Below are positions 1 to 13,183 of a stretch of 64,000 bases of DNA, in pieces. The stretch is from assembly GCF_039654945.1 (NCBI RefSeq), contig NW_027361878.1, positions 21,204,001 to 21,268,000 on the forward strand, read 5' to 3'. This DNA is from Dendrobates tinctorius (lineage: Eukaryota). Numbering within the stretch: position 1 is the stretch's first letter; the number at the start of each line of letters is the position of its first letter. A program made the position numbers and the translations under genes. The notes beneath the pieces were generated by a model. It searched no databases. It had not been told where the DNA came from and worked only from the letters and a program-made list of their open reading frames with translations.

Positions 1-3000
1 GAATAGGCTTTTATTGAAGACATAGGAAATATCGGAGTAAAATTGACGTGAGAGGGTTAGCAGAAGGTTAAAGGAATCCGTAATAAGAAGTGATGTGTTT
101 ATATTTATTATTTATCCATCATTCAGACAAAGGACTGATCTCCTCATGACCTCTGTGATTCATTAAGCTCCCACAAGGCTGACTGTGTCCCGTGAAATAG
201 CGATTTGACTCATTACTCCACCTACATCTGCTGGAGTAGAGTTATGGGGAGCATCCCGGAGAGATAGCACGGGATGGTGGAGAGAAGGCCATTAATGTTA
301 ATGCAGATGTCAATAGTGAGGAACAAGTCTCCCCTCCTTGCACTAGATGATCAATACATCTATAGAAAGGGGAAGGGTTAGGAAAGGGATTATCTCTGCT
401 TGATAAGGGCACTTTAACAAGACAGAAAATGCCTGGCTGTACTAACATGACGCCTAAACCCGCACGGTTAGGCAATTGATGACCAAAAATAAATTATTAA
501 TTCAAGCAAAGTAAATGACCCTTCAACCATATGCATTTGAGAATGAGGATGATCTAAGGGAGCCATTTTATTTTATTACCGAATATGAGAAACATCAATG
601 TTTTCTTTATATTGGATTGTAAATTGCATAGAGCATCTTTAATGTTTCTACAATGAAAGGACCATTAGGCTAGACAAGTCTTTAGTTGTAGGATTTCATC
701 ATAATTAAGGGGTTGTCTTAACTAAACTGCAAAGTGTAAAAATAAGCAACTTTGCTATTTCATACTTTTTAGCAACCCTCTCCATTCTCAAGAACACAGG
801 GATTTGTAACTTTATCGCTTACTGCTCATTGTTTAGATTACCGCCCACCCCTGCAGTCTGTCAGAAGTGACTAGTCTCCTAGGCAAGTAGCACATGCTTG
901 CATGCTCTATGCTTTAGAGCTTGAAAACCCATCTCTGAGGCCAAGTGGGTCAGGACAGCTTCAGTTCCCCTTCATTGCTGCAAAGGCAGAGCTGCCTCTG
1001 CTTGTAACATGGAAAACAGAGTATGCTGGTCTAAACTGTCAGCCTTCAGGGGTGCACTGCCTCTCAGCAAGCAGGAGGCAGGGGAGCAGTGTGTACCTAA
1101 AGAAAGCTACCACCAAATACCTTTTTTTTTTTTCTTTTTTTTTTAGGACCAGAGAGGGTAATATAGTGCTTTTCTTTTGTGTGAATAACACCTAATCCTA
1201 GTCTACAAGTTGTGTTTGCACCATGGCAAAATGTAAGGTTTGTTGAGCTTCTATGTTAAAAAAACAAAACAGTATTTTGTGAATGCAGATTGACTTATAT
1301 ACAAATGCAGCAAGCACTACGGCTATGTAAATAAGTATGCTGCCTTCAGGAGCTCATGTCTAGTTATTTGGATGCCTTTGGGAAAACAGTACTATATCAA
1401 TACCGTGATAATTTATGTTTTATATTCTGTATTTCCTGCAAGGAAACTATCTCTTCTTTTTTTTTTTTTTTACTTTCATGAACCAGGCATTTCTAAAACT
1501 ATTTCCTGATATTTTACACAAAGGGTGATATATAATCTATACATTCTGCAATTCTCAATGTTGAAAAAAGACTTTGGAATAACAAATGCACTTACAGGCT
1601 CATCCCGAACGACAGATTCCCAGTGAAGACGAGCATAGATTATTCATAACTTTTTTTTTTTTTTTTGCTATGTAAGTTAAGATAAACTGTTCCAGCCGCA
1701 TGCATCAGAAAGATGAGATGGGTCTGACTACTTATTGAGGCAGTCGGTCTTGATATAATGCAAAGCATAGTTTAAGGCCCCATAGCAAACCGCTTCGAAT
1801 CTAATTTCATCACTGAACATAAATTTACATGTAAGGTGATGACCTGAATCACTTTGTAATATGTTAAAAAAGAAGATAAAAAAAGTACTGCCTCATGTTT
1901 TTATAAAAACAACATAGATCTGATCAGCACTGCGCAACAGTGAATAAAACAGATTTAATATAAGTAAGATGGATTCACATTACGTTTGTGGTGTATGGTT
2001 TCGGGAATGTTCGTGTTTTTTTCTCCCATACGATTACTTTAATTGTACATAATTTAGCACACAGATACATCTTCTATTCATTGGAAAGTTTTCTAGCGTA
2101 TGTATATTAATTCAGATGTCCCCTTTTTCATGTACACGTTTTAGTGGTGTTCTTTACAAAAAAAAAAGGTGTCTAAGGAATAGTGTTTGTCCTTGTGGAG
2201 AGTGACATGCCAGTGTAAGGAGACTTATAGGCTGTGCAATGCTACTCTGGATAAAAGTGAATATTGCCTCTTCAGCGAGTAAGAGGACTTAAAGTCTAGT
2301 GCCACCTATTGAATGTTAGCAAGCCTAAGTTTAAGAGTTAATATCGACTTTTCGACTGTCATGTGACTGTCATGGCTCGGGTTGGGGATTCGATCTGGTA
2401 ACCTGTTTCTTCGTGATCGGTTCTTCTGCCTGTTGAGCTTTTGTTTTTTTTTTCATCCCTGTCCAAATGCTGAATGTTCCTTTGTCCTTATTCTCCCTTC
2501 TTGGTTTGCTCCTTTCCAGGTTCTTTCCATTTTCGGTTTTGTCCTATCACGTTCTGGGTGAAGCTATATATAGTATCCCATCTTTGAACTTCCTTGCTGG
2601 CTATATTTCCTGGTGGAGGTGTATTTAGGAGTTCCAGCTCTTTATCTTAGTGTTTTACCTTGCTGGGTAAACTCCAGTGTTATTCTTGCAGTAAGTTACG
2701 GTAGTTTGCTTCCCCTCCCAGCACCTTTTTCCTTTTACCACAGTGTGGTTGGGTTGCCACACCTCACAGTTATTAGTTGGGATCCATGAGCAGGGTTTTA
2801 GACTCCAAGCTATATATATGTGCATGTAGCTCTTTCAAAGACAAGTCCAGCAATACCTTTACATGGCCAGTCTGTTTCCCTGTTACTAAGAAATCGGCAT
2901 TTAAACTGATATACAAATTAGGCAGGAGGACTATGATAGATCTCAAGCCTCTGTCACTCCAGCTCTATTCCCTCCCCAGCATCGCCTCCTCCTGACTAAT

Positions 3001-3606
3001 GGTTTCTTTGCCTGAAGTTACGCGGGAGAGACGCTGTCAGTCAAGCAGGAGGAGGTGGTGCTGCATGGGGAATAGAGGTGGAGTGACAGAGACTTCAGAT
3101 CTACAAATGGCTCTTCAGCCTTATTAGCATATCAATTCCAACTCTGATTTCTCAGTAATGGAGAAACGGACTGGCCATGTAAAGGTGTTGTTTGACTTGT
3201 TTTTTTAAAGAGCCACGTGCACATGTAGCTAGTTTGTTGGGTGAAATTCTGCTGGAAAAACCCCTTTAAGGAGAGAAAAATTGTCAGAAACTGACTTCCA
3301 CTGGTGACATCGTATTTCAGGACCATGCTGGAATCAGTGAGCACTTTACAACAAGCCAGTCTGACATATTCATAAAGGCAGATGACATGACGAAGGGCCA
3401 GATGTTATTTACCTGTGGCAATGGGACTGAAGCAGAAACCTGAATTCAATGATTAAGAGATGTGTCCCAATACTTTGGCCATATCGCGTATGTTCTGTTA
3501 GTATATTGGCAGCTCTCATCCCTGGTTTTGCAGTTGTTACAAGTAATCTTTTTTTACCATTACTCTACATGTAAATCAAGGTGCTGCTTGCATGAAGCTA
3601 ATTTAA

Positions 3607-4050
3607 AGAGGACCTGTCACTTGCGCAAAAAAAGACGAGTTAAATACCTTGTAAAAATCCCTAAACTCCTGTTTCTACCACTTTTTTTTGTTTTGTGCTG
3701 CACAGCTCCTTTGCAGAGATTTCACATGATGTGCTCCAAAAGCACCAAATGTGAATATCTCTGGATGCAGACCAATCAGATGTCTCTTCAGAGTCTTCTC
3801 TGGGGGTATTTGCTTTCACCCATCCCAGTGCCGCCAATCACAGATCTGGCATGATCTGGGAGGGATGCATGAAAACGCACGCCCACAGAGAAGACTGAAG
3901 AAATGCCCTGTTGATCTGCAAGCAGAGATTTCACATAGTAAAAAAAGCAGCAAATATGAAAATCTCTGCAATGGAGTAACGCTAAACGCAAAAGAGCGGA
4001 AGAATCTGGGAACCTCAGGGATTTTTTGGGGAGCAAGTGACAGGTCGTCT
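3607..4050. mobile_element. Kolobok/T2-type non-autonomous DNA transposon (MITE)
   Basis: TIR AGAGGACCTGTCACTTGC vs revcomp of GCAAGTGACAGGTCGTCT (17/18 match); TTAA on both sides (3603-3606, 4051-4054); internal inverted GCAGAGATTTCACAT motifs. Confidence 0.85.
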
Positions 4051-5523
4051 TTAATCCCTTTCTGCCATGAGACGTACTATCCAGTTTATGTGCCCTGGGA
4101 CTTAATTCCCAGGGACGGGATAGTACGTCATAGCGATCAGCAGCGCCCACGTGGTGAGTGCCGCTGATCGCGGCCGGGTGTCAGCTGATTATCACAGCTG
4201 ACACCCGGCACAATGTGTCAGGGGCGGTCACGGACCGCCCCCGATACGTTAACCCCTTGCACACCGCGATCAAACACGATCGCGGTGTACCGGGGGTTAA
4301 AGGGAAGCATCGGCAGGGAGGGGGCTCCCTCCGTGGTTTCCTGAGCCCCCCACGGCAGCGCAATGTGCAGCGCTGCTGCGGGGGGCTCTTTCCCTGCAGG
4401 CCCCCGAATCCAAGATGGCGACGGGGACCTTCGGGGGCCTGCAGGGAGCCGGCTTCCTGAGTGCCTGCAAAGCGCAGGCACGAGGAAGCCTGCTTGCACT
4501 GCCTGTGACAGATCGCTGATCTGTCACAGTGATCTGTGATGTGACAGATCAGCGATCTGTCACAGGACAGTGATGTCCCATCTGGGACAATGTAATAAAG
4601 TTAAAAAAAAAAAAAAAAGTTAAAATAATTTTTAAAAAAATCGCCAAATAAATTAGAAAAACAAAAAAATATTCCCCCAATAAATTCATTTTTTGGAAAT
4701 AAAAAAACAAAACAATAAAAGTACACATATTTGGTATCTGTATCGCCGCGTCCGTAACGACGTGCCCTATAAAACTGTCCCATTAGTTAACCCCTTTAGA
4801 GAACCCCTTAAAAAATAAAAATAAAAAACGAAGCAAAAAATAATGATTTATCATACCGCCGAACAAAAAGTGCAATAACGCGCAATCAAAAAGACGCATA
4901 TAAATATCCATGGTACCGCTGAAAACATCATTTTGTCCCACAAAAAACGAGCCGCCATACAGCATGATCAGCGAAAAAATAAAAAAGTTATAGCTCGCAG
5001 AATAAAGCGATGCAAAAATTAATAATTTTTTATATAAAATAGTTTTCATTGCATAAAACCGACAAAACATAAAAAAAAGACATAAATGAGGTATCGCTGT
5101 TACCGTACTGACCCGAAGAATAAAGCCGCTTTATCAATTTTGTCGCATGCGGAACGGTGTAAACGGACCCCCCCAAAAGAAATTCATGAAACGCTGGCTT
5201 TTGTTCATTCTGCGTCCCAAAAATCTGAATAAAAAGCGATCAACAAATGTCATGTGCCCGAAAATGGTACCAATAAAAACGTCAACTCGTCCCGCAAAAA
5301 ATAAGAACTCACATGACTCGATGGGTCAAAATACGGAAAAATTATAGCTCTCAATATGTGGTGATGCAAAAACTATTTTTACAATAAAAAGCGTCTTTTA
5401 GCGTGCGACAGCTGCCAAACATAAAAACCGCCATAAATAGTAAATCAAACCCCCCGTTATCACCCCCTTAGTTAGGGAAAAATAATAAAATTAAATGAAA
5501 ATGTATTTATTTCCATTTTCCCA

Positions 5524-5612
5524 TTAGGGTTAGGGCTAGGGTTAGGGCCAGGGCTAGGGTTAGGGCTAGGGTTAGGGGTGTGCTGGGGTTCGGGTTGGAG
5601 TTAGAATTGGGG
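5524..5612 (+). repeat. Degenerate telomere-like (TTAGGG/CTAGGG)n tract inside piggyBac-like element
   Basis: ttagggttagggctagggttagggccagggctagggttagggctagggttagggg; homologous tract at 44761-44820. Confidence 0.85.
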
Positions 5613-7400
5613 TGTTTCCACTGTTTGGGCACATCAGGTGTTCTCCAAATGCAATATGGCGTCTGATCTCAATTCCAGCCAATTCTGAGTTGAAAAAGTC
5701 AAATGGTGCTCCTTCCCTTCCAAACTCTGCCATGCACCCAAACAGTGTTTTAGCCCCACATATGGGGTATCAGCCTACTCAGGACAAATTGCAAAACAAC
5801 TTTTGGGGTCCAATTTCTCCTGTTACCCTTAGGAAAATAAAAAATTGGGGGCAAAAATATCATTTTTGTGGAAAAAAATGACCTTTTTATTTTCACGCCC
5901 GGGCGTTATAAACTTCTGTGAAGCATTTGGGGGTTCAAAGTGCTCACCACACATCTAGATAAGTTCTGTGGGGGGTCTAGTTTCCAAAATGGGGTCACTT
6001 GTGGGGAGTTTCAATAGTTTAGGTACATGAGGGGCTCTCCAAACGCACATGACACCCGCAGACCATTCCATCAAAGTCTGCATTCCAAAACGTCACTACT
6101 TCCCTTCCGAGACCCGACGTGTGCACATACAGTAGTTTTCTCCCACATATGGGGTATCAGCGTACTCAGTACAAATAGGACAACAACTTTTGGGGTCCAA
6201 TTTCTCCTGTTACCCTTGGGAAAGCAAAAAAATTGGGGACTAATTGATCATGTTTGTGGAAAAAATACGATTTTTTTATTTTCATGCCTGGGCATTATAA
6301 ACTTCTATGAAGCCCTTGGGGGTTCAAAGTGCTCACCACACATCTAGATAAGTTCCTTTGGGGGTCTAGTTTTCAAAATGGGGTCATTTGTGGGGGGTTT
6401 CCACTGTTTAGGTACATTAGGGGCTCTCCAAAGGCAACATGACACCCGCAGACCATTCCATCAAAGTCTGCATTCCAAAACGTCACTACTTCCCTTCCGA
6501 GCCCCGACGTGTGCCCATACAGTAGTTTTCTCCCACATATGGGGTATCAGCGTACTCAGGACAAATTGGACAACGACTTTTGGGGTCCAATTTCTCCTGG
6601 TACCCTTGGGAAAATAAAAAAATCAGTGACTAAAAGATCATGTTTGTGGAAAAAATACGATTATTTTATTTTCACGCCCGGGCGTTATAAACTTCTGTGA
6701 AGCACTGGAGGGGTCAAAGTGCTCACCACACATCTAGATAAGTTCCTTGGGGGGGTCTAGTTTCCAAAATGGTGTCATTTGTGGGGGGTTTCCACTGTTT
6801 TGGTACATCAGGGGCTCTCCAAACGCGACATGGTGTCCGATCTCAATTCCAGCCCAAAACGTCAAATGGCGCTGCTTCCCTTCCGAGCTCTGCCATGCGC
6901 CCAAATAGTGGTTTACCCCCACATGTGGGGTGTCAGCGTACTCAGGACAAATTGCACAATAACTTTTAGGGTCCTGTTACCCTTGGGAAAATAGAAATTG
7001 GGGGTGAAAAGATCATTTTTGTGGAAAAAATATGATTTTTTTAATTGTACCGCTGTACGTTATAAACTTCTGTGAAGCCCTTGTGGGTTCAAAGTTCTCA
7101 CCACATATCTAGATAAGTTCCTTGGGGGGTCTAGTTTCCAAAATGGGGTCACTTGTGGGGGGTTTCCACTCTTTAGGTACATCAGGGGCTCTCCAAACGT
7201 GACATGACGTCCGATCAGAATTCCAGCCAATTTTGCATTGAAAAAGTCAAACGGCGCTCCTTCCCTACTGAGGTCTGCCATGCGCCGAAACAGTGGTTCC
7301 CCCCCACATATCAGGTATCAGCGTACTCAGGACAAATTGCACAATATATTTTGCAGTCCAATTTCTCCTGTTACCCTTGGTAAAATAAAAAATATTGAAC
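5610..7400 (+). repeat. Internal tandem repeat of about 375-390 bp (about 4.5 units) of the piggyBac-like element
   Basis: Anchor CACATCTAGATAAGTTC recurs near 5950, 6339, 6729 and 7103 (last with one mismatch); TACTCAGGACAAATTG recurs at similar spacing. Confidence 0.85.
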
Positions 7401-9578
7401 CCGAAATATTTTTTGTGTGAAAAAAAGTTAAATGTTCATTTTTTTTTAAATATTCAAAAAATTCCTGTGACGCACCTAAAGGGTTAATAAACTTTTTGAA
7501 TGTGGTTTTGAGCACCTTAAGGGGTGCAGTTTTTAGAATGGTGTCACTTTTGGGTATTTTCTATCATATAGACCCCTCAAAGTGGATTCAAATGTGATGT
7601 GGTCCGTAAAAATAAAATGGTGTTGCAAAACTGAGAAATCGCGGGTCAATTTTTAACCCTTATAACTTCCTAACAAAAAAAAATTTTGGTTCCAAAATTG
7701 TGCTGATGTAAAGTAAACATGTGGGAAATGTTACTTATCAAGTTTTTTGTGTGCCGTATCTCTGTGATTTTAGGGCATAAAAATTCAAAGTTGGAAAATT
7801 GCGAAATTTTCAAAATTTTCACCAAATTTCCTTTTTTTTCACAAATAAACGCAAGTTTAAAGTTATTCACACTTTATTGTCCTCCCTCCTTGGAAGGTGA
7901 GCTGATTACCGTTTTTTTTCCTTCCCTATACAATTCCTGAAAGTATATTCTTACTGGAGCAATGCTACTCCAGCAACTAAAAAAACAATGCATATTATAT
8001 TCGCTCTGTATTATATTAGTAGTGCGCATTAGAATACTAATCTTTCTCAATAGAAATGAGACGTATGTTAAAATGACAATACTATTTATTTTACTCTGTC
8101 CCTGAAAACATTTGTCCAATTTTATTAATCGAGCCGCGGGCCTGTTTCTGCATGGAAGATACAACATTTGCCTGTTTGTTTTTCAGCTTAGCCAGAAACA
8201 TATGGTGGCACAGACTGCCTTGCAACCAAAAGGGTACAATATATTTCATTAATATTTTTCATTACATTCCCTTATGGCACTTTACTGATGAGAAGAGAAG
8301 ATACAACACTTAAAGATTTTATATAGAAAAACAAGAAATTACTTTATGGTTTTATGACCGATTCCTCAGTGTGCACCAGGCAAGTATACGATTGTAGAAG
8401 TCGCAGATGAGGCCTTATGCTTCGGGTCCCACAGGGTCTCCTGACATATTAAACGATGGCAGCAGTGTGAGGAGATGGCGGCGCGGCACAATGACGTATC
8501 ATTATAATCACACGCTGATATTAGCTGATGTTTCCTAATGATTTCTTCATTATTTTACAGTATATATAACCAGTGCATCATAAATGCGGAGATGTGACAC
8601 TATTGCCAATTAGTTAGGGGTCCAGGTATAGATATTTTATATTGACCCATGAACAACAAGCTATTGCCCTATGTGACCTCATCTATATTTATGAGACTAC
8701 AGAGACTATTATCTATACTATTTCTATACCGCATACATCAAATAAAAACGGTTTATTTTCTCTCTAGGATAGAATTACATTAGTGAACTCTTATGATATT
8801 TGTGCACAGGTCAGACGCTGGCTGTTGCAGGGCGCAGGCATGACATTTAGTGAGGTTTACCGAAAGAAGGCATTGTTGGTGTGCTATTGATTTCTGGTCC
8901 AACCTAAACAATCTATAGCATCCTGAAAAGGAGATTGGCGGCACTTATGTCAAAGCTCCAGTTGGTTTGCACTCGTACATGCTGATCTAAGGTTTTGCAG
9001 ATTGCATTCTCGGTGCACATGAATGGGATTTGGGGATTAGTAACGTCTAATTTGTTGCAGTCATGAGTATGGAATAATAAGCAACATAATAGCGATACTG
9101 ACATTGTCATTATTAGTAATGGGTATGGAATACATTTGTCAGGACAAAAAAATAGCAAAATAATTAGACCATTTTTTAGATAATGCTAATAAAGGGGTCA
9201 GCCTGACCCCTCTACTACCGGTGTAAAAATGACACTAAGCAGCTGGGGGGCTGCGTTATAAATCTTGCACTAGACCCAAAAACTATATATTGTCTGTTGG
9301 TTATGTGGCACATTTTGGTGTAATTTATAGGGTTATTTTCATCTCTACCTTTCATGATCAAGAGGGTAATAATTGCTTCTAGGTCCCGGCCACCAGAGAC
9401 AAGAGTTATAAAAACAACGTATTGCAGTCAGGCTATGCTGAGCGTTATTGAAACTGCATGGAACGTGAGATCACCTGTTGGACTCACTGCTGATTTACAG
9501 AACCACCATAAGTCGCTGTACTACTCTGGTTTTGTAGCTCCCTTTCATATCTATGGGTGTTTGCGTAGCCCAGTTTTG

Positions 9579-10822
9579 TGTTATGCCCGCAGGTGACGCA
9601 CCTGGTTTGTGGACACACTGTGCCACAGGGCCGGACCTGCAGGTCCGAGGTGATAGGAGCCCCCTTTTTCCATAGGGGGTTGAGCCATGCCTGGGTATCT
9701 CCTGCTAGGTAGTACATCATGAATCCCACCTTGGCCCGCTCAGAGGAAAACTGCTGACTGAAAACTTCATAGTGCTGCATGCACTGCTTCGGATCCACAT
9801 AGTACTGAGGCAGATCAGACAGGATGAGTTCCACTCCAGAGGCATAGGTCTCTGGATGCATAAGCACAGGCATAGGTACTGCAACTTGGGTTGGCGCAAT
9901 TAACGTCAAACCTTCCAGACGGGCATCAAGTGACTGCAGATGGTACAACATTTTTTCCTGGCTCTCTTGCTGGTAGTTCAGCTGTTGACACAGCTCCGAA
10001 TGCACAAAGGACTGGGAAGAGTGGGGCCCATGATCTGAGCAAACTGCCATGTCCGCAGGTGGCGCATGTGGTTCGTGGACCCACTGTGCCACAGGGCCGG
10101 GCCTGCCTAGGAAGCGGCATAGCTAAGTGGCTACCTGGTGTTCACTAGCACTCCTGATGGTGGTGACAGACTGGGCTGCACGTAGCTGCCATATACCACT
10201 CCTGGCAGGCGCCGGTACTGCAGCTGCTGAACCAAGGGATCGGGTTCACTGACACCTGGAGACATGACTGAGGTCACTGACTAGCCAGAAACAGAGACTG
10301 GCGGACTGTATGGACCACTTGGAAATTGAAGATAGGTTCTTCTTCACACATGTAGTTTCAGAATTAGGATACCGCCAAAGCGGTCACAGAAACATGACCA
10401 GCTATACTAGGCTAACGGGAACACAGGATACAGGAATGACTATAGCAAACAAGGGACTGGGGATCTTGCAGCATACAGTTGCACACACCAACACCACTAA
10501 GACTAAACTATAGGGGTTGCCCAGGCACCTCCCTATTGGGGAGGGTGACTTTTTTACAAGATGCCGCTCCCAGGTATTTGCTGGGAGACACCTTACAGGT
10601 GATAACTTTAAGTAAATACCTCCCAGCTGTTAGCTGGCACATTTTACCCTGTCCGTGCGCTGCCTCTTTAAGAGCAGGGAAGCGCACGTGCACACAAGGC
10701 AAGCTGCCGGTACACAGTGCGGTGTGCACAAGGGAGGAGGAAGCTCGCGATGACGCTGGTGCGGCCGGGACAGTGATTAAGACGGCATCCCTGCCGGGTG
10801 GGAGGAGGGGAACCATGCGACA
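9579..10822 (-). mobile_element. Deleted Ty3/Gypsy LTR retrotransposon (5' LTR about 10822-10045, gag fragment, last ~60 bp of second LTR)
   Basis: ORF 9484-10092(-) contains FSSERAKVGFMMYYLAGDTQAWLNPLW (retrotransposon gag-like); direct repeat 9579-9640 vs 10045-10106 marks the LTR end; no TSD seen. Confidence 0.65.
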
Positions 10823-10872
10823 GACATTACACTTTGTTTTGCTGTTTAACTTCTGATGGACATGGTTTAGAA

Positions 10873-12669
10873 CAGTGGTCCCCAACCTTTTTTTGCACCA
10901 GGGACCGGCTTGAACCAAGACCATTCTTCCATGGCCCGGCAGGGCGGGGATGGAGGTGTGACAGGGGCGGGGCTTTGGTCATAAGGGGGCGGGGCTATGG
11001 ACGCGGTTGTAGTTTAGCAGTGCATACTTATCATTTAATTATAACATTTTTAATGTGACTCAACTCACCATAGGTTTTGAATGAGTGGGAGCACCTGGCT
11101 TGTTTCTCTGTTTCAGTGGGAGCACCGGCTACTTCTACTGATGACTGTCACTGCTAATGATGATTGTAACCTACAAGGAAATGGAGCATTGAGCACTTAA
11201 GAAAAATTGTACTGGAGTACTGTACATGCTGATTATTTTCTAATCAGAAAATGTATGTGTGGTCCCCCCCGTCCTGTCCAGCTCTGTGTGGCTCCCCCTG
11301 TTGTTATGCATGGCTCCCCTGTCCCATCCTGTATACATGGCTCTGCTCCCACTCTCCCATCCTGTAAACATGGCTCCCCTGTCCCATCCTGTATACATGG
11401 CTCCGCTCCCATCCTCCCATCCTGTATGCATGGCTCTGCTCCCACTCTTCTATCCTGTATACATGGCTCCCCTGTCCCATCCTGTATACATGGCTCCGCT
11501 CCCACTCTCCCGGCCTCCCTTGTATATATGGCTCCGCTCCCAGTCTCCCGGCCTCCCCTGTATATATGGCTCCGCTCCCAGTCTCCCGGCCTCCCCTGTA
11601 TATATGGCTCCGCTCCCAGTCTCCCGGCCTCCCCTGTATATATGGCTCCGCTCCCAGTCTCCCGGCCTCCCCTGTATATATGGCTCCGCTCCCAGTCTCC
11701 CGGCCTCCCCTGTATATATGGCTCCTCTCCCAGTCTCCCGGCCTCCCCTGTATATATGGCTCCGCTCCCAGTCTCCCGGCCTCCCCTGTATATATGGCTC
11801 CGCTCCCAGTCTCCCGGCCTCCCCTGTATATATGGCTCCGCTCCCAGTCTCCCGGCCTCCCCTGTATAAATGGCTCCGCTCCCAGTCTCCCGGCCTCCCC
11901 TGTATATAAGGCTCCGCTCCCAGTCTCCCGGCCTCCCTTGTATATATGGCTCTGCTTCCACTCTCCCTCCCTTGTATATATGGCTCCGCTCCCAGTCTCC
12001 CGGCCTCCCTTGTATATACGGCTCCGCTCCCAGTCTCCCGGCCTCCCCTGTATATATGGCTCCGCTCCCAGTCTCCCGGCCTCCCTTGTATATACGGCTC
12101 CGCTCCCAGTCTCCCGGCCTCCCTTGTATATACGGCTCCGCTCCCAGTCTCCCGGCCTCCCTTGTATATACGGCTCCGCTCCCAGTCTCCCTTGTATATA
12201 CGGCTCCGCTCCCAGTCTCCCGGCCTCCCTTGTATATACGGCTCCGCTCCCAGTCTCCCGGCCTCCCTTGTATATACGGCTCCGCTCCCAGTCTCCCGGC
12301 CTCCCTTGTATATATGGCTCCACTCGGCTCCCCATCATACTTACCCTCACATCGCTGACCTTCCTTCCCGTCGCTGAACTTCCCTCCCTGCATCTCGCAG
12401 CGCTTCAGCTCCTGTGCGGAGCGGTCACGTGCTACCGCTCATTAAGGTCCATGAATATGGACGCCACGCCTATGGGAGAGGAGTGGCGTCCATATTCATG
12501 ACCTTAAATGAGCGGTACACTTGACCGCTCAGCGCTGGATGAAGCCGCCGCGGGATGCAGGGTGAGTATCAGCTGCTGCACCGCCGCCGGCTCCCCTTCT
12601 GTCCGTGGACCGGCAAGGGCACTGCAACGGCCCGGTGCTGGGCCGCGGACCGGTGGTTGGGGACCCCTG
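10873..12669 (+). mobile_element. Non-autonomous hAT (Charlie-like) element, copy A
   Basis: TIR CAGTGGTCCCCAACC / GGTTGGGGACCCCTG; 8-bp TSD GTTTAGAA (10865-10872, 12670-12677). Confidence 0.9.
11305..12335. repeat. 38-bp minisatellite TATATATGGCTCCGCTCCCAGTCTCCCGGCCTCCCCTG
   Basis: Period 38 (for example 11561 to 11599), more than 20 units, shorter diverged units at the left edge. Confidence 0.95.
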
Positions 12670-13183
12670 GTTTAGAAGAAAGTATTTACATCTCGGCCAG
12701 GAAAAGACAGAGATGAAAATAATACTTTAATTGATAAGTGAGCAGTATGTATACACTAGGGTGACCGGATCTCATATGGGGGGGAAAAAATGTCAGAATC
12801 TTGTTCGTCTGGACCCCACAAAACGATTCCCCTTTCCAGATATTGAGATAGCCAAAATTTGAGCTCGATCAAACGACGTTAACCCGTGCCGCTCGTCGCT
12901 CAAAGTTTGAAAAAATCCAAATTGAGGTATTTTAAGATTTAGGTATTTTGCATAGTCTGTTAGACTATAAAGAATGTGACAACAACATTGCAGAAATAGC
13001 CCTGACCAAATTTTCGAACCATTTGTGGTATTTGAATGCAGAGTTGGTGGGATTATTGTTTTTTGATCCCACCATTACAAACAATGAAAAGTTGTTAATG
13101 GCTAATAAATTGCTCAGTAGCACAGATGAACCATCAGAGCACGCTAACCTACATGAGTTGATAATTTTACATAGTTGTCTAAT

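Larger units (their letters stand above)
4055..7857 (+). mobile_element. Non-autonomous piggyBac-like element, copy 1 (left end present, right end lost)
   Basis: Begins TTAA|TCCCTTT; colinear with copy 2 (43941-59141), which ends AAAGGGG|TTAA; homology stops at ...AAACGCAAGTT near 7857; no transposase ORF. Confidence 0.8.

Noticed and set aside
242-475. 77-aa minus-strand ORF, possible LINE relic or exon
   Set aside because: No recognisable motif or splice support
2368-2863. Possible solo LTR (TGTCA...ACA with TATA-like motif)
   Set aside because: No matching TSD or second copy found, so boundaries are unsupported
9484-10092. Domesticated PEG10/LDOC1-like gag gene
   Set aside because: ORF starts in LTR sequence, is truncated and is flanked by LTR remnants; consistent with a decayed Gypsy element
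11207-12501. Long ORFs of 143-386 aa on both strands
   Set aside because: Translations of the 38-bp minisatellite; periodic peptides, not genes
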